Assembly: GCA_002104945.1 (NCBI GenBank)
Contig: MCFH01000030.1
Coordinates: 1 to 64,000, forward strand
Length of the DNA stretch: 64,000 nt
Source: Piromyces finnis finn
Taxonomy: Eukaryota; Fungi; Neocallimastigomycota
Direction of reading: 5' to 3'
Below are positions 38,782-51,334 of this stretch, one piece after another. A program made the position numbers and the translations under genes. Under the pieces are notes generated by a model that made no database searches, was not told where the DNA came from, and saw nothing but the letters and a program-made list of their open reading frames with translations. How positions within the stretch are numbered: the first letter of the stretch is position 1; each line of letters opens with the position of its first letter.

Positions 38782-41700
38782 CTACTCCGTTGCTGAGTTA
38801 TATTTAACGACATTTTTGAAATGTACATTTCTGTTCATTAGTACTCCAGTTTCTGGGTCTGCTAAGACTACTGTATTGAACTGTTTCTGGACCACTTTGA
38901 GAGGTCCTACAAAGTAAGGTTCCAATTTTGTTCTACTGAAGTTTCTTACCAAAACTAGGTCACCTACTTTTATTTTCTTAGCTTGGTTCATACTTAATTT
39001 TTCTTCTCTTCTCATAGACCAATATTTATTAGCCGTCTTTACATTTTCAGCAGCTTCTAGGGTCCATCGGTAGTGATTTATAAACTTTTCCAAAAGAATT
39101 TCATCGGAACTCTTGTTTTGATCTTTAGTGGGTCGGGCAGCTATATCAAAAGGTTGTTGGTCTTCCCTACCATAAACTAGCTCAAAACTTGAATGTTTCG
39201 TAGCCGTATTCTTTGTAGTTCTTAAGGCCCAAAGCGCGGAAGGTAGAACTTCATCCCAGTCTTTACTTTCTTTCCCTAAAAGTCTTAAAAGTTTCCCAAT
39301 TTCCTTATTTCGGTTTTCTGTTAATCCATTACTTTCAGGGTGGTAGGGAACTGTGAACTTCACATATACGTCATATAGGTCTAGAAATATCTTTGTCATA
39401 TCTGAGGTAAATTGAGTTCCATTATCTGTAGTAATAACTTGTGGTACCCCATGTCTTGCAAACACATTTATTAAAAACTTTATCACGTCCAGAGAAGTAA
39501 CAGTTTCCACCGCTTCGGCTTCTACCCATTTAGTAAAATAGTCAACTATGACTATTATATATTGTTTACTATTTCTTGTCTTAGGTAATGGCCCAATAAT
39601 ATCCAAACCTAGATGTACAAATGGTCCTTCCACTTTAGTAGCTTTGTCCTCAGTTGGTTCTGGATAAGGTTGTGGTCTATTTACTTGACACTTCTCACAC
39701 TTGCTAATAATTCTTTTAATATCCGCTATCATATCATTCCAATAATAATTTTTCTTTAACCTTTGATAAGTCTTATAATAACCTTCATGACCTACGTTAT
39801 GTGCTTGAAATATTAACTTTACTTTTTCTTCTACAGTAGATATTAGCTGACGTAAGTTATTACCATCTACGAAATAGTCCTTCCCATCTATGGTAGTAAA
39901 TTTTTCAGCTATAAACTCCTTAATAACTTTGGTTAATAACTCTTCATTATTAGTTTTATTAATTTTTGTTACCAGTATCTTTTTCTCCTCTTTATTCTTC
40001 ATTCTTGATAATGCATCAGCTATAACATTATTCTTTCCTTTATCATATTGAATATCAATATCCAACTGACTTACTGTAAGACACCATCTGTTGTGACGTG
40101 CACTATTTGGTTCCTTATTTTTAAATAAACCCAAAAGTGGTTTATGGTCCGTATAAACCATAGTAGTGTACGGGTTTCCTAAAATATAAGGTTTTAACTT
40201 ACTCACGCAAAAGAATAACGCAGCACCTTCTAACTCTGTTATTCCATAGTTCTTCTCCGCTTTACTAAGACTTCGACTAATATAATGTACCGGGTGTTCT
40301 ATTTTGTTAGTTTCATCTTCTTGTAATAAAACACCACCCACTCCTTCATACGACGCGTCCGTACGTATGATAAAAGGCTTATCAAATTCAGGAAACTTTA
40401 AAATGGGAGCGTTTATCAGTTTTTCTTTTAATACTTTAAATGCTTTTTCATGTTTTTCTTCCCATTTATATCGTACATTTTTCTTTAATAACTCACATAA
40501 GGGCGCGGTTACTTGAGAATAATTAGGAATAAAATTTCGATAATATCCTACTGCACCCAAAAATGAACGTAACTCATGAATATTTCCTGGAGCTTCCCAC
40601 TTCCTTATGGCTTCTATTTTACTTTCCAAAGGACTCAAACCTTTAGTAGATAACCTGTGACCTAATACATTTACTTCTTCCTTCATAAAACTACATTTCT
40701 CAAGATTTATTTTTAATTCATTTTCTTTCAATATTTCAAATACTCTCTTAATATGTTCCATGTGTTCTTCCACACTCTTGGAATATATGAGTACATCATC
40801 AATAAAATTATATACACAATTTCCTATTAAAGGAAATAATATCTTATTCATTTCCCTCTGAAAAGTTGCTGGTGCATTAGTTAACCCAAACGGCATGACC
40901 TTAAACTGATAGTTACCAAACTTGGTAGTAAAACTAGTAACCTCAGTGCTTTCCTCATGCATAGAAATTTGATGATAACCTGAATATAAGTCCATAGTAG
41001 TGAATATTTTGGCTCCGTTCAGACTATCAAATATTTCATCAATATAGGGGAGTGAATAAGAGTCCTTTTCCGTGAGGTCGTTCACTCTCCTATAGTCCAC
41101 ACACATTCTCCACTTACCATTATGTTTTGGAACCAGAACTACAGGGGAGGACCATTCTGAATAGGACGGCTCTATTAACTTTTTTTCTATTAGCTTAGTT
41201 AACTCTTCTTTTAGTATATCTGATTTAAATTTAGTTAACCTATAAGCTCTTTGTTTAACTGGTTTTACACCAGCCTTTAGATTTATTTTATGTGGTGATA
41301 ATTTAGAAGGCGTTAATTCCTCAGAAGACGTCGCAATAATCTCTAAGTTTTCTTCCAAAAGTCGGAGTATTTCTTTCCGTTTATCTTTTGGTAAGGTGTT
41401 CAAGAATATCTCATTGTGTATATACTCCTGAGGTGGTAAACCTTCAATAGACTTCAAGCTTTTAGTATCTCCATCTGGTATCTTCTTAATAGTACATACC
41501 AATTTTCCTTCATTATAATATTGGTTATTGATAGGTACTATTTCTTCTACTACACCTCTTTCTTTCACTTGACATAAGCTCTTGGTTACTGGATTTATAT
41601 ATAATAAATTATCTACTTGAGTTTTATAATTTATTAACATATCATAGAACGGTTCTTCTTTTTCAAGTATTCTGAAGTCAACCACTAGTTCTACCTCTCC

Positions 41701-42300
41701 TATTCTAACTGGTATACGCACCACAGTACCCTCAGAGTATTCTTCATCAGTAGTAGCTAGTCGAATACGTCCTTTGCTTATTCCTACCACTTCATATTCC
41801 TTTGGTAGTCTTTTGTAAAAAGAAGATGTAATAACATTTAAGTTACTACACGTATCCACCAGTAGTTTTCCTGGTATTCCATCCACAGTCGCATCCACCA
41901 TTGCTATATCCTCTTCTGAAGCTTCATTATTCTTACTTATATAGTCATGGTAGATATTATTTAATAAGGTTGTAGTAGCTACTATGTTATTTAATGCACC
42001 TGATACCTTGCTTTGTACTTTCTCTAACTTTAGTCCTTGGGAAAGTTGTGTTCTTATTTTTGGGCATACATTAAATAACTGTCCATAAGTAATATCACAT
42101 TTAGCTGTGTTTAAATCTTCAAAAATATCATAATCACTGGTATCACCTCTCATTTGGATATTACGTGTGACTTTCTCCTCTTTAGTTTTATCTTTTTCTT
42201 TATCTTTAGTCATTTTCAATAACGTCGGTAGAATATCTGTATTTTTCTTTTTAGCTTTTTCTACTTCTACTTTATCTTCCGTATCAATACTGACCTCCAT
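38782..42300 (-). CDS. pol: Element V pol (protease, RT, RNase H, integrase, GPY/F; no chromodomain)
   Basis: LVDTCS, FIDDVLIY, RTDASYEG, AHNVGHEG..CEKC, LDIIGP..TDNG..ENRN, PYFVGPL. Confidence 0.95.
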   Translation of the reverse strand: MEVSIDTEDKVEVEKAKKKNTDILPTLLKMTKDKEKDKTKEEKVTRNIQMRGDTSDYDIFEDLNTAKCDITYGQLFNVCPKIRTQLSQGLKLEKVQSKVSGALNNIVATTTLLNNIYHDYISKNNEASEEDIAMVDATVDGIPGKLLVDTCSNLNVITSSFYKRLPKEYEVVGISKGRIRLATTDEEYSEGTVVRIPVRIGEVELVVDFRILEKEEPFYDMLINYKTQVDNLLYINPVTKSLCQVKERGVVEEIVPINNQYYNEGKLVCTIKKIPDGDTKSLKSIEGLPPQEYIHNEIFLNTLPKDKRKEILRLLEENLEIIATSSEELTPSKLSPHKINLKAGVKPVKQRAYRLTKFKSDILKEELTKLIEKKLIEPSYSEWSSPVVLVPKHNGKWRMCVDYRRVNDLTEKDSYSLPYIDEIFDSLNGAKIFTTMDLYSGYHQISMHEESTEVTSFTTKFGNYQFKVMPFGLTNAPATFQREMNKILFPLIGNCVYNFIDDVLIYSKSVEEHMEHIKRVFEILKENELKINLEKCSFMKEEVNVLGHRLSTKGLSPLESKIEAIRKWEAPGNIHELRSFLGAVGYYRNFIPNYSQVTAPLCELLKKNVRYKWEEKHEKAFKVLKEKLINAPILKFPEFDKPFIIRTDASYEGVGGVLLQEDETNKIEHPVHYISRSLSKAEKNYGITELEGAALFFCVSKLKPYILGNPYTTMVYTDHKPLLGLFKNKEPNSARHNRWCLTVSQLDIDIQYDKGKNNVIADALSRMKNKEEKKILVTKINKTNNEELLTKVIKEFIAEKFTTIDGKDYFVDGNNLRQLISTVEEKVKLIFQAHNVGHEGYYKTYQRLKKNYYWNDMIADIKRIISKCEKCQVNRPQPYPEPTEDKATKVEGPFVHLGLDIIGPLPKTRNSKQYIIVIVDYFTKWVEAEAVETVTSLDVIKFLINVFARHGVPQVITTDNGTQFTSDMTKIFLDLYDVYVKFTVPYHPESNGLTENRNKEIGKLLRLLGKESKDWDEVLPSALWALRTTKNTATKHSSFELVYGREDQQPFDIAARPTKDQNKSSDEILLEKFINHYRWTLEAAENVKTANKYWSMRREEKLSMNQAKKIKVGDLVLVRNFSRTKLEPYFVGPLKVVQKQFNTVVLADPETGVLMNRNVHFKNVVKYNSATE

Positions 42301-42726
42301 ATCTTCGTTTTCTTCTCTTTCGTCTTTATTTATGGGGGTTGGTGGTTTACTTCTTTGTTTTTCTCTGAGTCTTTTACTTTTTTTCTTTTTCCTTGTTAAT
42401 ATTAGGTTGACTCAGAACAGACGTGTCAAGTTGGTTCTTGGGTTGTGATGGTGAACCTGATTCTAAACTCTCATTACTGAGTTCACGTTCTTGTTGCTTC
42501 CTAGTAGCAGGGGTAACTATTGGTCTTGGGTCTTCTTTTAATGATTTTTGTACTCTTTTCTTGGAAGAGTCTTCTTCATCATTAGCTTTTCTTTTAGCTG
42601 CAGCAATAATTTTATCTTCAATAGAAGATATTTCTTCATTATCTGATAAGTCAGAATACTCAGAATATTCAGAGTACTCATTATTATCAACTGAACTGTT
42701 ATTAAGTGAAGCTATTTTTGGATTAC

Positions 42727-42760
42727 TGGGAGTGCTTCTTCTCCCACTATCTAATTTAAA
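42727..42760 (-). promoter_or_regulatory. Putative -1 ribosomal frameshift signal of V
   Basis: TTTAAAT at the gag stop, followed by stem TGGGAG/CTCCCA; the -1 frame stays open for about 125 codons. Confidence 0.7.
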
Positions 42761-43671
42761 TGACCTTTTCTGGCCTTTTGTTTGTTTTCTTCTACTATGG
42801 CACTCAGCTTAGGACAATGATATTGAAAGTGTCCCTTCTCGTTGCAAAAGTAGCAAGTTTTGATAGTTAAGTTTCTCATTTTCTCCGTCAACTCATTCAT
42901 AGGATCTTTCTTATCATTACCATAATTCGCTATTGTTGGCTTCTTGTTCCTTTCATAGCTATCTTCTTTTCTTTCATATTTATTTTTATATCTTTTATCA
43001 GAGTTAGAAGAGGTGGATACATCATAATTGTTAGCTTTATGACGATTTCTTAAATTTAGTCTGTCCCCATCTTCGGCAAGCTTGTAGGCTTCTGCTAAGG
43101 TAACTTCTTTTTCCCTACGCACATTTTCCCAGGCTTTATAGTTAGGCTCAATGGAATCTAAGTAATCTTCAACATCTACTTTCCTTCTACGCTTCTTGTC
43201 TAGTTTGACATACAAGGAACGGTACCTTATGTTGAAGTCTTTTACTTTTTCATTCTTTTTGATTCGCATATCCCTAAGCTCCTTGAGAAGTTCTATTTGA
43301 TCTTCCTTTACTCCATAAAATTCTTCTAACATAGTGACTATCTTTTTAAGGGAAGGGTAGTGAGCTCTTCTCTTTCCTCTACCTTCATCTTCTTCATCAC
43401 TATCTTCACTGTCTTCATCACTTTCGAAGTCCTTATTAGGATTCAACTCTTGAATAAGTTCATTTGGTGTTCCTGTAGTAGTAAACAAACAAGCTAGAAA
43501 CACCATTTTTGGACTTTTAACATCTTGAAGCATAGTCCAATACTTTAATTGACTATACCAAGTCTTAATGTCCAAATTATCTTCGGTTAATCTAGTGACA
43601 TGCTTTAATTCCTTCATTAATTTAGCAAAGTCAATAGATTTATCAGCTCCCGTACTCATTTTTATATACAA
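42751..43671 (-). CDS. gag: Element V gag
   Basis: 306 aa with CCHC knuckle CYFCNEKGHFQYHC. Confidence 0.92.
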   Translation of the reverse strand: MYIKMSTGADKSIDFAKLMKELKHVTRLTEDNLDIKTWYSQLKYWTMLQDVKSPKMVFLACLFTTTGTPNELIQELNPNKDFESDEDSEDSDEEDEGRGKRRAHYPSLKKIVTMLEEFYGVKEDQIELLKELRDMRIKKNEKVKDFNIRYRSLYVKLDKKRRRKVDVEDYLDSIEPNYKAWENVRREKEVTLAEAYKLAEDGDRLNLRNRHKANNYDVSTSSNSDKRYKNKYERKEDSYERNKKPTIANYGNDKKDPMNELTEKMRNLTIKTCYFCNEKGHFQYHCPKLSAIVEENKQKARKGHLN

Positions 43672-44050
43672 GTTTTAAATAAAGATAAAAATACAATTTT
43701 ACAATAATATTAAAGAATGAAACAAGTTTAAAAAAAAAATAATTTTCTTTTATAAGAATTTAAAAGAATGAATTACAACAATATTTGAAATATATTTAAT
43801 TAACAACACTAATAATTATTCTCTTTAGTTAAACTAGTAATACCAATATAAAATACTTCCTTAACTGCACCAATTAACAATATTAATTTCTCTCTATTAA
43901 CTATTTTAATTGTGCCTTGAAGTATATAACTTTTTATTATACTAGTATAACCCTCTTTTGAATTATTAACTATTTTAATTAAATAATAATACAAAAATAA
44001 ATATAAAAATAACTATAAAAATGTAGTGTGATATCAATATGTTATTATTA

Positions 44051-44068
44051 TCCCCGATATCTCCACCA
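44051..44068 (-). promoter_or_regulatory. PBS of V, probably tRNA-Ala
   Basis: TGGTGGAGATATCGGGGA starts 7 nt after the 5' LTR and resembles the complement of tRNA-Ala 3' ends ..ATCTCCA-CCA (recalled). Confidence 0.72.
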
Positions 44069-44949
44069 TTAATTATGCTACGGTTCAAATAAGATATCAC
44101 AAAACACTTGAATAGTTATAAAAATAAAAATTTATTTAATTTTAATTTTTATTCATTTAATTTATTTTTTGATTTTTCAATTTTTAAAAATTTTCTCAAA
44201 AATCCTCGTACTTTTTCCAACTATCCATTATTTGAAATTTAATGGTTTTGGATAGCTAAGGATTTAAATTGATTTCATTCATAATATATGGATCATTCAC
44301 TATAACATATATTAATTAAATCCTTAATATATATTATGAATAATCTCTTAATATTTGAATAGAAAAATTTTTAATTTATAATTAATAAAATTTTAATTTA
44401 TGATATGTGTAACATTTTTGCATATCATATATTATATATTTAATTATGACATATAATAAAATTATATTATTCAATTAATTATGCCCTTTTTTAGACATAA
44501 ATAATAATTTTTCTGTCGAGGTATCTTCTGTTTTGTGTGTAACAGTTGCCTCTTTTAGTAAAAATTATAATTAAATTCTATGTCATAATTTCAAATTATA
44601 AAATATTATACAATAAAGTTAATTAATAAAATAAACCTTAAATAATAATAAAATTCCTATAACTATTTTAATAATAAAATTTTGTAAAATTTATAAGTAT
44701 AAAATATTATAAGTAATTATACTAATACTAATAATAAAGGTCTTAAATAACTATATACAAATAATATAACTATATAATAAAAATATGAATAATTACTAGA
44801 AAAATGTATAAAAATTATATATTATAATTTTTATATTTTAAAAATAGAGTTAAACACTAGTAAGGAATATAAATAGTTGAAGGTTAATTCCTAAAATTCT
44901 AGCTAATTCAACTATTTATGTTCATTCCTTAACAAAAAAGTTGAAAGTA

Positions 44950-45031
44950 GTCACTTTGGCGGAGTGGTTAACGCGGTGGCCTGCTAAGCCATTTCCCTTT
45001 GGGAGCGCAGGTTCGAGTCCTGCAGGTGACG
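44950..45031 (+). tRNA. tRNA-Ser(GCT)
   Basis: 82 nt, acceptor stem GTCACTT/AGGTGAC, A box, anticodon loop CTGCTAA, long variable arm, GGTTCGAGTCC B box. Confidence 0.95.
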
Positions 45032-45040
45032 AAATTTAAT

Positions 45041-45113
45041 GCGAAGTTGGCGCAGTCGGCAGCGCGTAAGTCTCATAATCTTAAGGTCGTGAGTTCGAAC
45101 CTCACACTTCGCA
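45041..45113 (+). tRNA. tRNA-Met(CAT), elongator type
   Basis: 73 nt, acceptor GCGAAGT/ACTTCGC, anticodon loop CTCATAA, T arm GTGAGTTCGAACCTCAC. Confidence 0.95.
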
Positions 45114-45580
45114 AAAATATATTTTATATTTTGAATATTTTCAAAATTTTTTGAATATAATATTTTATTACCTCTTAAAAAAAAAAAAAGAATTTAATAT
45201 ATAAAAATCTACAACTTTATATTATTCGAATAATATGTTCTATTTATAATTATTTTAAAGTTTTAAAATGTTTACTTTTATATTCTTATTTATTTACTTT
45301 ATTTTTTTTTATTTTAATAATTATAATATATTTTTTTATTTTAATAATTATAATAAATATTTCTATTATTATTGTTGGTATTATAAAGTTCCTTTTCCCT
45401 ATTAGTATTTCAAACAGAATTAATTAATCTGTGATACATGAATATTTTTGATATATTTCAAAAGGAAAAAAAAAAAAAAAATTTTAATAACAATAATAAT
45501 AGTTATAATAATAATTTATTAATATTTTTTTTTTTTTAAAAAAAAAAAAAAAAGACTTTTATTTAATAATATCGAATAGT

Positions 45581-47133
45581 TTATTCTGTGTCGTGATATT
45601 TCTGACTAGCAAGATACTCCGACCAAGAAATTTTACCACTATAAATAATGTTTGTTTAAGTTATACCGATTAGAAAAATAAATTATTTGTAATATTTAAA
45701 ATATATAATATTATAAAAGCACATATTCAATAAAAAAAAGAGGAAGAATATTTATAATATAAATTTATTTTCTAATAATAATAAATATTTATCATTATCA
45801 TCCCATTTAAATTATATTTCTTTCTTTTTTCTTTCTCATTTTCTCTCTAATATATATTTATTTTTCACTACATATATACTTACTTTCCATCAATATCATC
45901 TTCTTCCAAAATATGTTCAACCCATTTAGTAATATATTCTAAATTCTTTTTTTCTTCTGTTTCTGGATCGAAACCATCAATAAAGGAAGCAAAAAGTTCA
46001 TTTCCGTCTAATTCATTATCTCCATTATAGTCATGAAGACTAAAGAAATATAATAAATCATCTATAATGAAAAAAAAATAAATAAAATAAAATAAAAAAA
46101 AAAAAAAAAAAAAAGGAAATAAAGAATATTAAAATATATTAAAATATATTGTTTATATTGATAATAATTATAATTTTATGATAATTCGACGTGAAAATTC
46201 AATTATAAGGGCAAAATGATAAAATTATGAAATGTATATGATATGGCATAAAATATATTTTGAAATCCATTTAAATTTCGTTTAAGAATTATTATAACAA
46301 GTAAATGGTTATTATATTTATCATCCATTTCATATTATTTTTAATAAAATATTGATAAATGTTTTATACATTAAAAAAAAATGAAAAAGAAAAAATATTA
46401 ATATAATTGTAATAATTGTAATATATTATACATTGTTAATCCATGTAATATAAATAATATATATTAATTTTTATTAAACTTTTTTTATTTTTATTGATTA
46501 TACCTTTATTGTTATCAGATTTATGGTTACTATATTATTAAAATATATAATAAATTATATATATATATTATAAAGAGTTATAAAAAATTAAATATTATTT
46601 CTAATAAATAGTATATATTAAGATAATATTAAGATAATAGTATAAACAAATATAGTATGCTTATATATTTTCTTTTCCTTTTTTTTTTTTTTTAGTAATT
46701 TTGTAATAATTATTTTAATAATATAATAGTAATTAATATAATTGATAATGCAAAAAAAATATACAAATTCAATTGAGTTTAAAATGATATAAAAAATAAT
46801 AATTTCCTTATTGTTATTTATATTTAATATTCTACTTTTACAAGATGTTTTTAATTGAAATTATGAGATTGAATAACTTGATTGCACTCTTCATTTTATT
46901 TTCAATGTAAATATTATTATTGCAGTTATTGCTGTTGTTAATTTTCTTTTATTATTATTACTATTATTATCATTATTATTATTTAGTTTATTTAAAAATA
47001 GAAATTACATTTTTCTATGAACAGCATAATTGTTATGACCATCTCCTTCGTCATATGAATCTGAATATTGATTAGCAGAAACAAAAACTATACATTCCGC
47101 TATTATGGCAACAATAAAATAAAAAAGATTCAT
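45581..47133 (-). CDS. MCFD2: Secreted two-EF-hand protein, MCFD2/Ssp120-like (4 exons, about 128 aa)
   Basis: Exons 47133-47009, 46529-46504, 46061-45884 and 45638-45581 with GT-AG ends and consistent phases. Signal peptide, LYFFSLHDYNGDNELDGNEL, and EF loop DIDGNGKISWSE. Confidence 0.75.
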
Positions 47134-47367
47134 AATGTATTAAATATTATTATTTTTTTTATTTTCCTGCCTTTATTTTATAATAAGAAAAAATAAGTAT
47201 CAATATTATTTTTATTTTTATTTTTTTTATTTATCTAAAAAAAAATATAAATTAAATTTTTTATACCAACAATTATAGTAAATTTATTATATTATTTATT
47301 TTCAATTTAATAAAATAATAATTATTAATATTTTTTGTAAAATTCATGATAAAATAAAAAACATATA

Positions 47368-47412
<45 letters not shown>

Positions 47413-48185
47413 TTTTTAACAGCTACAAATATTATTAATACTTTGTAAGGTTAATGTAGAGTTTATTTTCTTGTTTTTATTTCATTTATCAACTATTTTT
47501 TTTTTTTTTTATTTTCCTATACTGGCATTATTTCTCCATATAATTCTTTAACACTTTTCCATATTTTCAAAACTAATAATTTAAATAAATTTCAATCTAA
47601 CTTATAATTTTTTAAAACCATTATTATTATTAATAATATTTTTATTCTTGCTTTTTTATTGTTTTAATACTCTATATATTAAAAAAAAAAAAAAAAAAAA
47701 AACGTAACACATTCATTCATAAAGTATTAATTAGTTATTATAATGGGATTTATTTTTATATTAATCATTTTTGTAAAACTTTATAAAAATATAAATCTTA
47801 ATAAATAAATCTTTAATCATATATATTAAAAACTAAAATATATATATATATATATATATATAAAGAAAAATAATAGATCATAATAAAAAAAAATATAACA
47901 TAATAAAATAATAGTATAAATTATAAATAAATTTCTTTTATATATAAATATTAAAATATAAAAAAAAATTAATCAAAAATGAATTAAATTTTCATATTTC
48001 ATTGTTATATTTGAAAAATTGAATATTATATTATTTACATTACATATTTTTAAAAACATTTATATAATAAAGGCACATCTTTAGATAAGTTGTTAAGATA
48101 ATTTTCTTTGGAGGATATAGTGATTAAATGTTATATAAATTATTTATCTTCTAAAAGTCTTAATGTCCCTCAATTTAATAATAAT

Positions 48186-49165
48186 TTAATAATTTGACTT
48201 ATTATCAGAATAAATATTATCGTTAGATTGCTGTTGAGAAGTATTGATTTGTGTCGGCTTTGGGGTATTCATTGGTGTAGTATTTGGTGTTGGAAGAGAA
48301 GACGTTACAATACTTTCATACGACATTTGAGAATTTGAATAATTTATCATTTGATTTCTATTATAATTGTTATTGTTATTACTAATATGGTTATTACTAT
48401 TAGTATTATTATTATTAGCATTGGTATTATTATTAGTAGAAATACTGGTAATATCTGAATTGATTCTGTTATTATCTACTGAGGTACTTTCATTATTGAT
48501 TGGTGCTGGAATGGTTTCTATTACATGATTATTTTTATTATTGCTATTTTGATGATTATAATTATTAATATCATTGCTTGTTTTTGGTAGTACATTAATA
48601 TTTACATTTGTAAAACTGTTGTTATTTGAGTTAGATGAATTAAAATTATTAGAGCATTGATTATTAAAATTGTTATTACCATTTTGATTATCAAAATTAT
48701 TTGAAATATTTGTAGTTTGATTAAAATTAATGTTTGTATTTGGACTTCCACTTTGGTTATTAAAATTACTATTTGGAACTGGTTGATTACCATTTAAACT
48801 TGGATTATTGTTTGGATTATTATTACCATTTTTATATGTAATTGGTATATGAGGTAGAATTTTGTTTGATTCTGGTAATCTCTGATTCATATTATTATTT
48901 TGGTTATTATTACTTTCATAATAGGCATTATTATCTGACTTATTCTTATCACTAGTAAAAGAATAATAATTATGTTGATGTGAATTGCCACTATTATTAT
49001 TATCATTATTATTGTTGTTGTTATTATTGCTGTTGTTGTTACTATTATCATTATTATTTTTCATTTGCATTCCATTGTTTATTGGTACACCACTGTTATT
49101 ATTATTCATTGAATTATTCATACCATTATTCATATTTCTCATCATCATCATCATATTGTTGTTAA

Positions 49166-49198
<33 letters not shown>

Positions 49199-51334
49199 TC
49201 ATTGAACTCATATCATTCATGCTTATATTATTCATATTAGAATTGCTACTTCTTCTTTGATATGGATCATTATAACTTTGGTTTGGCACTGTTTGATTAT
49301 TATTTAAATAGCCTGATTTATTATTATTAAAATTATTATAATTGCCATTATTATTATTATTGTTGTTGTTGTTGTTATTATTATTATTATTACCATTATT
49401 ATAATAATGATAGTTCATATTTTGGTTTTGGTATGAATTATTAAAACTATTATAATTTCCATTATTATTTGATATGTTTTGGTAACGATCATAATTTTCA
49501 TTCAAAATTTCATTATTTTTATTCATCATTCCATTATTACTATTATTGTTGTTATTGTTGTTATTGTTGTTATTGTACATATAATTATTATTATTATTAC
49601 TACCATTATTATTATTGTTATAATGCATATTACTATAGTTGTTTGACTTTTGTTCCTCTTGGTAATGATATTCATTATTATCTTGTTGATCACATTGATT
49701 TGGAGTTGAAAGAATATCATTTATACCTATTGAAGTTCTATTTTTTGGATCACCTGAATTTAAACGTTTTCCAGCACCTCTCTTATCTATATAACTATTT
49801 GAAGCCATCTCTTTATTCTTATTAATTCTTCTATGACGATGTCTAATAAATTCACCATTAATAAAACTTTCCAAAAAATCTTCATGAATCGTCCAAAAAC
49901 AACTTTTGGAGTGTGTAGTAGAAGTTGCAGGAGAATGTGGAAGTTTAACAAAACATTTTTGTAAAGACAAATTGTGTCTTATAGAATTTTGCCAGCGTTG
50001 ATCAGTACGATCGAAGGTTGGATAATGTTCTACAATCCAATCACAAATAGTACTGAGTTGAGCCTTTTGATTTGGACTTGACATAATTGCTTGACCAATT
50101 AAAGAGGCATAAGTAGGTCTATTTTTCCTATGAGGAGAGTTAACATTATTAATATCATATGGTTTACTGTTAGCATTAATGAATTTAGAAACAGTTGGAG
50201 TAAATGTTGAAGGAGTATTTTGCTTAGAAGTAGTAGGTGTATCAAAACTTATTTGTTTACTATTGTTAAATTGAGGTGAACCATTATTAGGAGATGGGAT
50301 TTGATGATTATTATAAGAATTGTTATTAGAATGGACTGGGGTGTTATGAATTGAACTAGGAGGAGTATTCACCAACTTATTTTTCTTTATTGTAAAATTC
50401 GCCATATTATTTTTGAAAGCTGTGTTACTGTTATTATTGTTGTTGTCATCATTATAATTATAATAAGTTGGTGATGGATTTTGGTATCTATAATCCTTAT
50501 TATTTGGAGTAGACATAGAATCTATTAAAAATAATGTGAAAATAATATAAAAATTAAAAAAGAAAATTAGTTATAATAATTACTCATTTTATTTCATTTA
50601 TTTCATTCTATTTTTTTTTAAATATAAAAAATGAATAAACTCAATAGTAACTTATTTTCTTAAAAATAAGAAATTATTATATTTATTTTCTCAATCTCTC
50701 TATATATATCCATTTGTAAATTAATAAGTAAATTCAAATACATACTGTTCATGTCTTTAGAATCATTAAGGTTATACATAGGTGAAGAATATTGCATATT
50801 ATCAGGATATTTCTTCATATTAGCATTGTTTGAATAAGGAGACATATTTTGAGGTAAAATATTACCATTATTATTATTATTTTGATTCATTTTATTATTA
50901 TCATTATTACTATTGTTGTTATACATTTGATTATTATTTTGATAGTTGTATTCTTGTTTTATAAACACATTTGACATTTCATTATTTATCATATTATTAT
51001 TAGACCTATCATTGTTGAGCATACTGTTTTTATTTAACGTATTATTTTGTCTATTGTTATTTTCTTGGTTTGAATATTGCATATTATCATTATTATTGAC
51101 GTTATTCTTGTTATTATAATAATAATTATTATTCATTCCTTGCATAAAATATTGGCTTTTATTTTCTTGATATATGCCATTGGGTGATTGGTCATTCCTA
51201 TTATTATTAATACTATTGTTTTGAGCAATGTTATTCATGCTATTCATATTCATTTTATTTTCCTCTTTTTTACTATTTTTTATATCAGTTGATAATGGAA
51301 GACAAGCGTAAGATATGGTTGCTAAAGCATCCAA
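48186..51334 (-). CDS. Forkhead-box transcription factor with Asn-rich regions; intron 50522-50745; true start further upstream
   Basis: RPTYASLIGQAIMSSP..WQNSIRHNLSLQKCFVK..FWTI. GTATGT donor and TAG acceptor join the two track ORFs in frame; the 51334 start is TTG after a likely acceptor. Confidence 0.88.

Larger units (their letters stand above)
37899..44934 (-). mobile_element. Full-length Ty3/gypsy element V
   Basis: 859-bp LTRs at 37899-38757 and 44076-44934, near-identical by eye; PBS, gag, pol and PPT present; A-run flanks. Confidence 0.96.

Noticed and set aside
42167-42812. Plus-strand hydrophobic ORFs (also 491, 8499, 12357, 19420, 19424, 20108, 20371, 29254, 40304)
   Set aside because: Antisense or off-frame shadows of gag/pol with no independent motifs.
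48602-49825. Cys/Tyr/Leu-rich overlapping ORFs
   Set aside because: Alternative-frame and antisense shadows of the Asn-rich forkhead exon.
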